DNA of 64,000 nt, taken from NCBI RefSeq assembly GCF_009914755.1, contig NC_060933.1, one strand, 5' to 3'. Source of the DNA: the human T2T-CHM13v2.0 reference genome, Homo sapiens. Position 1 is the stretch's first letter; the number at the start of each line of letters is the position of its first letter. This document shows positions 56,628 to 64,000 of this stretch, in pieces. The notes below the pieces were generated by a model, which did no database searches, was not told where the DNA came from, and worked only from the letters and a program-made list of their open reading frames with translations. The position numbers were made by a program, and so were the translations under genes.

Positions 56628-57089
56628 TAAAGCAATTTTCTGATGACTGATTATGCTTTCCAGATATCTTACTCTTGAGAAAGGTGGTACCCCACATTTG
56701 AAACACAAGCATTTTGGCTCACTAGAAGGATATATCCTCCATTGTAAATAAAAAGTCGGCCTCTTTATGCATGAGGCAAGCGTTGTTTCTGTTTAGATTG
56801 GTCTGGATCTAGTCATCTTTAGTTGTTCATCTCCAGGTGAACTGAGAAAAATCCAGTGTTCTGATTTGAGAAGCCAAGAAGACCTTGGCTGATGGTAAAT
56901 TTTTAGCAGGGAATCTGGTAGTGACCAGTTTGCTTAGCAGAGCTGATGGCATTCACATCACCATGTATAGAACTTGGACCAGTGAAGGCACAGCCAGCTG
57001 GGATTTGCTGTTACACATAGCAGCTTAGGGAGCCAGATTCTAGTGATCACTTATGTGTATTCTTTCATTCCTGAAATGAACTCCACTTG

Positions 57090-57995
57090 GTCATTGTGCT
57101 GAAAAGAGTTATCATAGCCAGCCAGACCCTGCTATTTCTAGAATGTTCTGTTTGCAAGGTTGGACCTTGGCTGGTGTCTGAAAACTTGGCATTTGAATCA
57201 TTCCCTAACTGATAAGGCTGATTGGGCTGATTGACAATGTGGTTTATCCAGTACACCAGCTTTCCTTCTGAGGAAGGTAATTCCTCTGAGAGTCTGGAAT
57301 TTTGGTAGTTGCCAGGCAGAAGAGGCCCATGTGGCCAGCCACCAACAAAAAAACCTTGGGTGCTGAGTCTCTAACAGGCTTCCTGGCAGAAACATTATTG
57401 CATTGATTGTTGCTAGAGAAAGGAACTTGCTTGCAGTGTTCCTTACAGAAGGGAGAGAATATAGGAAGACTGTGCATGGATTTCTCCATTCCACCCATGT
57501 CTTTTTCCTCTGGTGATTCTGTTGTGTCCTGATATGGTTTGGCTGTGTCCCCACCCAAATTTTATCTTGAATTGTAACTCCCACAATTCCTGTGTGTCAT
57601 GGGAGGAACCCAGTGGGAGGTGATTGAATTATGGGGGCAGGTCTTTCCTGCACTGTTCTCATGATAGTGAATGAGTCTCATGAAATCTGATGGTTTTAAA
57701 AACAGGAGTTTCCCTGAACAAGCTCTCTTTGCCTGCTGCCATCCATGTAAGACGTGACTTATTCCTCCTTGCCTTCCGCCATGATTGTGAGGCCTCCCCA
57801 GCCATTCAGAACTGTAAGTTCATTAAACTTCTTTTTCTTCCCAGTCTCAGGTGTGTCGTTATCAGCAGCATGAAAACAGACTAATACATGTCATTTCCCT
57901 GTAATGATCCTTAACTGTGAGGACGATTATATATTGAAACCTGAGTCATTCTAGAAAATCATTGAATATGTGGTGGTCGTGGGGACCTCCAAAAA
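57090..57995 (+). mobile_element. MER21-like LTR interrupted by THE1
   Basis: tgcaaggttggaccttggctgg..tttccttctgag..gagtctggaattttggta..aaaaaccttgggtgctgagtctcta. Confidence 0.65.
57530..57888 (+). mobile_element. THE1 (THE1A/B-like) solo LTR
   Basis: TGATATGGTTTGGCTGTGTCCCCACCCAAA...ATCAGCAGCATGAAAACAGACTAATACA; 5-bp TSD tgtcc/tgtca. Confidence 0.9.
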
Positions 57996-58294
57996 AGTCG
58001 TGATGTATTATTTTTAATGTGCTACTGGATTGTGTTTGCTAATATTTTATTTTCTTTATCAATATTCTTAACTTCAATTCCCCTTTATCAAACTTTTACT
58101 GAAAGCTTTTCCAACATTCACATTGTTCTAGATATCTTGACATATAGCAACTTCTGTACTCTTTTGAGGAATTCATGACAACCTCTTTTACAGGTGAGAA
58201 TACTGTTGCCCACAGAGGTGGAGTGACTCACACAAAGTTCTATAGCTACTGACTGTATAGCAGAGAGGGGAGCCAGGGCTGTCTGCCTCCCAGT

Positions 58295-58422
58295 TAGGGT
58301 GACCATTCTGGTTTGCCCTGGATTGAGGGGTTTTCTCCAGGCTGAGGGGTTTCCTGGGACATGGGACTTTGAGTACTAAAACAGAGATAGTCCTGGACAA
58401 ATCAGGACTGTTGGTCACCCTA
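58295..58422. mobile_element. MER94/MER81-like hAT-Blackjack MITE
   Basis: TIRs TAGGGTGACCA...TGGTCACCCTA. Confidence 0.8.
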
Positions 58423-60262
58423 CTTAAGTCTACAGCTTTTAAAAAAAATACTTTATCCAAGTGGATGCTTCTATTTTCATGAAAGAAAGCTTGTCCCCAT
58501 TAGGATTTGGGCATATTTAGACACAAATTGGAAGTGCCAGACACCTGGTCTTTCAAGGAGAACAATTTCCAAATTCCTTTTCTGAGTGCCATACATTCTG
58601 CATCTCCCAACCTAGTTTGCTTTGTGCTTGGCTCTTTGCTCTTCTCCACCAAGCCCCCCCTCCCCCCGCTCTGCCCACCACATTTTTCAACATTACTGGT
58701 TTTAATTTCCTTTACCATCCCCGTTGCAAAAACTTCTTTCCTGATTTAATTACTATTTCTCTTAATTCAATTTTATGCTCTTGATTGTCGTTAAACTCCT
58801 AAAGTTGTTTCTCCAAAGAATTTAATGGCTAGGCCTTGTGCTTAGAGATTAATTGTTGTCATTTTGCTTTCAAGCACAGGTACTTTCTTACTTCTCTTCA
58901 GTTATCTTTGGGAGAAAGGAAAGTGACCATCCTTCTTCCCAGGGCTGCTCTGAGAACAAACACTGCCGGGGGCTGCCTTTTGAGAGAGAGAGAAAGCCAG
59001 ACCTCTTAAATTTGTCTTCCACCTTCTACTGACTCTAATCTCAGCATCTGTGAATAGCCAGAGAACCTCTGGCTCCTCAGGTGGGCTCAGGCCATGAACG
59101 GATTGTAGGGAGGGCTCTAAAAACAGCAGCCCAGGCTTGAGATAGGGTGGCTTTCTGCCAGGAGGGATTTGCACAGTGAAGAGGGGGAACAAGGGCTGGC
59201 TCTAGCCTCAAACATCCTGCCTGGCCAAGGTCCCCCAGAGGAACTAAGCCTGTGACTCAAAGGAAAAAGGAATACTTTTGGTTAGAATTTCCCTTCCCTG
59301 GAATGTCCCTCTTGGGGATAAACCTACTCCTGAGCATCTTTCTCACGTTCACTGTACAGTAGCTAAAAGGCTTTGACCTTTGAGTCTTCTCCCTGCAGCC
59401 CACAAACTCTTGATTTTCCCACCTCTGTCACCCCTGGATCTCCTGTTTTCCTGTGCAGATCCTTGACAAACAGTGGCCAGAGGTAGAGGAATGATTTCAG
59501 GCTGGAGCTCTGGCAAGCTCCCTTTACAATCCAGTTGTGTAACTCTGCCCCTGTGTGGGTGAAGCAACCCTGAAAGGTAGAAAGCACAGGCTCTGGGGCG
59601 GGCCTTAGACCCTGCCTGGCACTTAATGAGCCATGTGATCTCGTGGCTCAGCTGCCTCTGAACCTCAGTTCCCTGGTCTGTGGATAATCAGATATAGAAC
59701 CGTATAGAAGGGATGCGGGGCTGACTTTTATTTCATGTGAGGGTTAAATGAAAGAATTGAAGTAAAGTATTCAGCACAGTTTCCTGGCACATAAGCCTTA
59801 AATAACAAATATTATCAACATTGAGTAGCATTTGGTCCTACATCAGTCATAGAATCTTCAACTTTTAGGACTGAAAAGGAAACCGAAGTCCTGTAGGCCA
59901 ACCTTCCCTCCCCACTCCCAATTTGATTATGAAATCCTCTATTCAGCCTTTGACTTTGCTAGCAGACCTTTTGTGATGGGGCAGCTCACAGCTCTTGGGG
60001 AATCCCTGCCTTCTTTGGGCCATTCTGTAAATGTCAAGGAAGAGCTCTGTGTACATGTGTGATGTATTTAAACTGCTTTCCAGTTGCAGGGAACAGGAAG
60101 CCTTTCCCTATTCCCTATTCAGGTACAATAATGTAGGCTGCTAGGGAACAAGATCGAACAATTGGAGAAGGCTTTTGTGGCTAACTCAGTGACGTACTTG
60201 CAGGTGAGGGTTCCAGACTCCAGAGTCTCCCTTTACCTAGTTCTTGGGAGTCTAGTGCAGCT

Positions 60263-60314
60263 GAAGACGAGGTACTGCGGATGAAGAGGAAGACGAGGTA
60301 CTGCGGATGAAGAG
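60263..60314. repeat. Perfect 26-bp tandem duplication
   Basis: gaagacgaggtactgcggatgaagag occurs twice in tandem. Confidence 0.93.
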
Positions 60315-60942
60315 AAACCCAGATGATCCAGGCACATTTTATAGACAAGGCCTCAACGACCCCAAAGGAACCTTTGAAATCACCCTTTTCCTGGGTTCAC
60401 GACGACTTGTAAACGATACCATCCATCCCTGCTTATTCATAGTTATTAAATACCAGAATAAAGAGATTAGAGCTCATGAGGTGCTTCGTCCCCATCACTC
60501 GGGCTGCTTGGCTGCATTTATGATGAGAAGGCTCTGGGTGTTTAATAAAGTATCTGATATGTCTAATAAAATCCTCCCATGGCCCTGCTGATGTTACTAT
60601 AATAGCTTCATGTCACATGCTCTTGTGCTATTGAGCCAGTACCAGAACATATTTTAAATTCTTATTATGTCTATTTAATTTTTATTTAAAGGAAATTTTC
60701 AAGGTTTAAAGCAGGTACCGAGGTACCTAGGTGTGAAGACCTAGAAATGTGCTGTAATATTTATCAAAATAGTAATGGAGTGATTTAAGGATAGTATAGG
60801 AATAAGCAACTGTGCATTCGTGGCTTATCTAGTTATAGATCTGTACTGTTCCCCTAAGAACTGCAATTTGTGAAATAATGGCTTCTCATTGTTATGCCAC
60901 ATCTATTTATAAAAAGCTGAGTTTATTCTCAGTGCTCAGTAG

Positions 60943-61111
60943 TTTTTTTTTGTTTTTTTTTTTTGAGACAGAGTCTCCCTCTGTTGACCAGACTGGAGCA
61001 CAGTGGTGCGATCTCGGTTCACTGCAATCTCCGCCTCCCCGGTTCAAGCAATTCTTATGTCTCAGCTTCCTGAATAGCTAGGATTATAGGCGTGAGCCAC
61101 TACGCCAGGCC
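60943..61111 (-). mobile_element. Alu monomer (right-arm/FRAM-like)
   Basis: T tail, gagacagagtctc...ggattataggcgtgagccactacgccaggcc. Confidence 0.8.
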
Positions 61112-61602
61112 TCAGTACTTAAAAGATTTTATCTTACTTTAATGATATATTTTATATAAGCTTCTGGAAGGTTAGAGCAGGATTGGACCTTAGAACTTAA
61201 TTTGACCAATTCCTTCCTGACAGTAATGACAAAATTGAGGCCCAGAGAGGGGAAGGAATTTGCCCAAGGTCATACACGTAATAAAGGCAGAACTGGGATT
61301 CAAGCCTAGATTTTTACACTTCATGCTCTTGCTACCATAATAAGAAGCCCTTAAAATACCTATACGTACCTGGCTTTCATATACACACCTCCATGAGAGG
61401 GAGGCAACGTGTACACGTAAACATGCTTGTGACAAGGGAATTGGCAGTGATAGCTGTTGTCACTGGCCGCCAGGACCCACATGGCCTATCTGGTTGCTTA
61501 GGTGGCTGTTCTCTTTCCTCTCTCCCTCTTCCTCTTGAGTCCAGGTGTAACTAAGGCATTATAAAAAACAGACAAACCTTGACATCGGAAGAGCTGACTT
61601 TC

Positions 61603-62606
61603 TTTTTTTTTATTTTTATTTATTTATTTTTTTATTATATTTTAAGTTCTAGGGTACATGTGCACAATGTGCAGGTTTGTTACATATGTATACATGTGCC
61701 ATGTTGGTGTGCTGCACCCATTAACTCGTCATTTACCTTAGGTATATCTCCTAATGCTATCTCTCCCCCCTCCCTTCACCCCATGACAGGCCCCGGTGTG
61801 TGATGTTCCCCTTTCTGTGTCCAAGTGTTCTCATTGTTCAATTCCCACTTATGAGTGAGAACATGCGGTGTTTGGTTTTTTGTCCTTGTGATAGTTTGCT
61901 GAGAATGATGGTTTCCAGCTTCATCCAAGTCCCTACAAAGGACATGAACTCATCCTTTTTTATGGCTGCATAGTATTCCATGGTGTATATGTGCCACATT
62001 TTCTTAATCCAGTCTATCATTGATGGACATTTGGATTGGTTCCAAGTCTTTGCTATTGTGAATAGTGCTGCAGTAAACATACGTGTGCATGTGTCTTTAT
62101 AGCAGCATGATTTATAATCCTTTGGGTATATACCCAGTAATGGGATGGCCGGGCCAAATGGTATTTCTAGTTCTAGATCCTTGAGGAATTGCCACACTGT
62201 CTTCCACAATGGTTGAACTAGTTTACAGTCCCACCAACAGTGTAAAAGTGTTCCTATTTCTCCACATCCTCTCCAGCACCTGTTGTTTCCTGACTTTTTA
62301 ATGATCGCCATTCTAACTGGTGTGAGATGGTATCTCATTGTGGTTTTGATTTGCATTTCTCCGATGGCCAGTGATGATGAGCATTTTTTCATGTGTCCGT
62401 TGGCTGCATAAATATCTTCTTTTGAGAAGTGTCTGTTCATATCCTTCGCCCACTTTTTGACGGGTTTTTTTCTTGTAAATTTGTTTGTGTTCTTTGTAGA
62501 TTCTGGATATTAGCCCTTTGTCAGATGAGTAGATTGCAAAAATTTTCTCCCATTCTGTAGGTTGCCTGTTCACTCTGATGATAGTTTCTTTTGCTGTGCA
62601 GAAGCT
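61603..62606 (-). mobile_element. 5'-truncated L1PA (L1PA4/5-like), ~1 kb
   Basis: ORF2 C-terminus with [18 protein letters not shown], primate L1 3' UTR and tail. Perfect 16-bp TSD ggaagagctgactttc at 61587-61602 and 62607-62622. Confidence 0.95.
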
Positions 62607-63247
62607 GGAAGAGCTGACTTTCAATCCAGCTGTCCCTTCACCTTTCTGGTCCTCATTATAAAATGAGCTGACTTCCTCTTATCCCAATGCTAACTTCAGC
62701 ACCTGTCCTGTGGGATGCAAATGGCATTGGTTCAAAAGCCACCCCAGTGTAGTGAGACAAGCTTCTCTAGACTTTCTGGGTAGGAAGGAGGGTCGGAGGG
62801 GGGGTATAGATGTTAATGTTTCCTTGTCCTCTCTACCTGTGAGATCCTGTTTATTTTGAATTAATTTCATGGATGGATCAATTTGCTTTCTCACATGTGC
62901 TGTTCTGGTCTCACACCACATTGTTGAGGAAATGCAACCCCTTTTCCTTGATTTCCCCTCATAAGCACACAAGGCATCTACACACATGTAGCTGCCATTA
63001 TAGAAGACTTGAGGAAAGAGAAGTTTGCATCACTGTGTTGCTTGTTGCTTCTTCTTTTTAGAGAACCTTTCTGCAGGGTTCATCCCAGAAATTCCCCATT
63101 CTTCACTTCAAAACACAGAATCACTAAGCTCATCAATTCTCTATCATTTAGAAACTATATTTTGGCCCAACAGAGACCTGTATAATATGCCTTAAATGAG
63201 GTCTAAGGTTTTTCTCTCAGGTAAAAGAAGTCTTGAAGTAGGCATTT

Positions 63248-63606
63248 GGCTTGTCCATTTTGGGCTGCTATGATAGAATACCACAGACTGGTAATGTATA
63301 AACAATGGAAGTGTATTCCTCATAGTTCTGGAGGTGTTGAAGTCCAATATCAAGGCACTAGGAGGTTCGGTTTCATTGTCTGGTAAGACTGCATCCACTA
63401 TAAGGGCAGGATGCTGCATGCTCATATGGCAGAAGAGGTGAAGAGCAAGCTAGCCAAATCCTGCTGTGTGAAGGCTTTTTAAAAATGACCTTAATTCCAC
63501 TAACAAAGAAGAAGCCCTCATAACCTGACCACCTCTAAAAAGCCACACTAAATATATTACATTGGCAACGCCTGAATTTGAGGTGAGGGGACACATCCAA
63601 ACCACA
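63248..63606 (-). mobile_element. MaLR LTR (MSTD/MLT1A-like)
   Basis: gtccattttgggctgctat..aataccacagactggtaat..catagttctggagg..gggacacatccaaaccacag. Confidence 0.75.
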
Positions 63607-64000
63607 GAAGCATTCCAGGGCTGATGTGGTAATGCTACCATCTCATTAATGTCCTTATCTCCTCTTGTGTTTCTGTTTTGGTGTACTTAGCACAAGCTCA
63701 CTGTCCTCAATCAAGGCCACCTCATACCTGCAGAGTGGCTGCCGCAGCACCAGTTATTACATCCATATTTCGGGTAGAGGAAGAAGGAAGGTCAACAAGA
63801 GACCTGCCAACAGAGTCAGCCACTTTTTTAGGGAGCATTTCCAATCCTACACAATAGTTTCTTCATTCCATTAGCCTGAAGGTAGTCACATGACCGCTCT
63901 TATCTAGAAGGGAGGATAAGAAATCTAATTTTTTAGTGGGGACACATTTCTGCTCACCAAAAAGTCAGGGCCCTAAAGAATATATTTTGGATAGGCCAAC

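Noticed and set aside
61838-62440. 200-aa ORF with a CCHC-like motif
   Set aside because: C-terminus of L1 ORF2 in a 5'-truncated L1PA; not a host gene.

Overview
Primate genomic DNA, rich in Alu and L1 repeats. I recognise it from the proteins as the human ALG2/SEC61B locus (9q22.33); this was not checked by any database search. Two ER-biogenesis genes sit head-to-head on one CpG-island promoter, with 469 bp between their start codons. ALG2 is on the - strand (2 coding exons, 116+300 = 416 aa, GT-B mannosyltransferase). SEC61B is on the + strand (4 coding exons, 3+98+102+88 nt = 96 aa plus stop, Sec61 translocon beta). The rest is intergenic or intronic DNA dominated by repeats: a 7SL pseudogene, a ~9.3 kb near-full-length old L1 carrying nested inserts, many Alu/MIR/L2/MaLR/ERV-LTR/hAT elements and several microsatellites. 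I see no evidence for a new multi-gene system. The most notable observations are: (1) an orphan ~600 nt poly(A)+ retrocopy with target-site duplications (TSDs) hidden in the L1; (2) an L2-derived cassette exon in the ALG2 intron that could act as a poison exon or supply an alternative N-terminus; (3) UPRE-type motifs at the shared promoter; (4) local template-switch scars (a 58-bp inverted copy, and a 54-bp duplication with a palindrome); (5) a readable CR1/L3 reverse-transcriptase fossil. Repeat subfamily calls were made by eye and boundaries of old elements are approximate.
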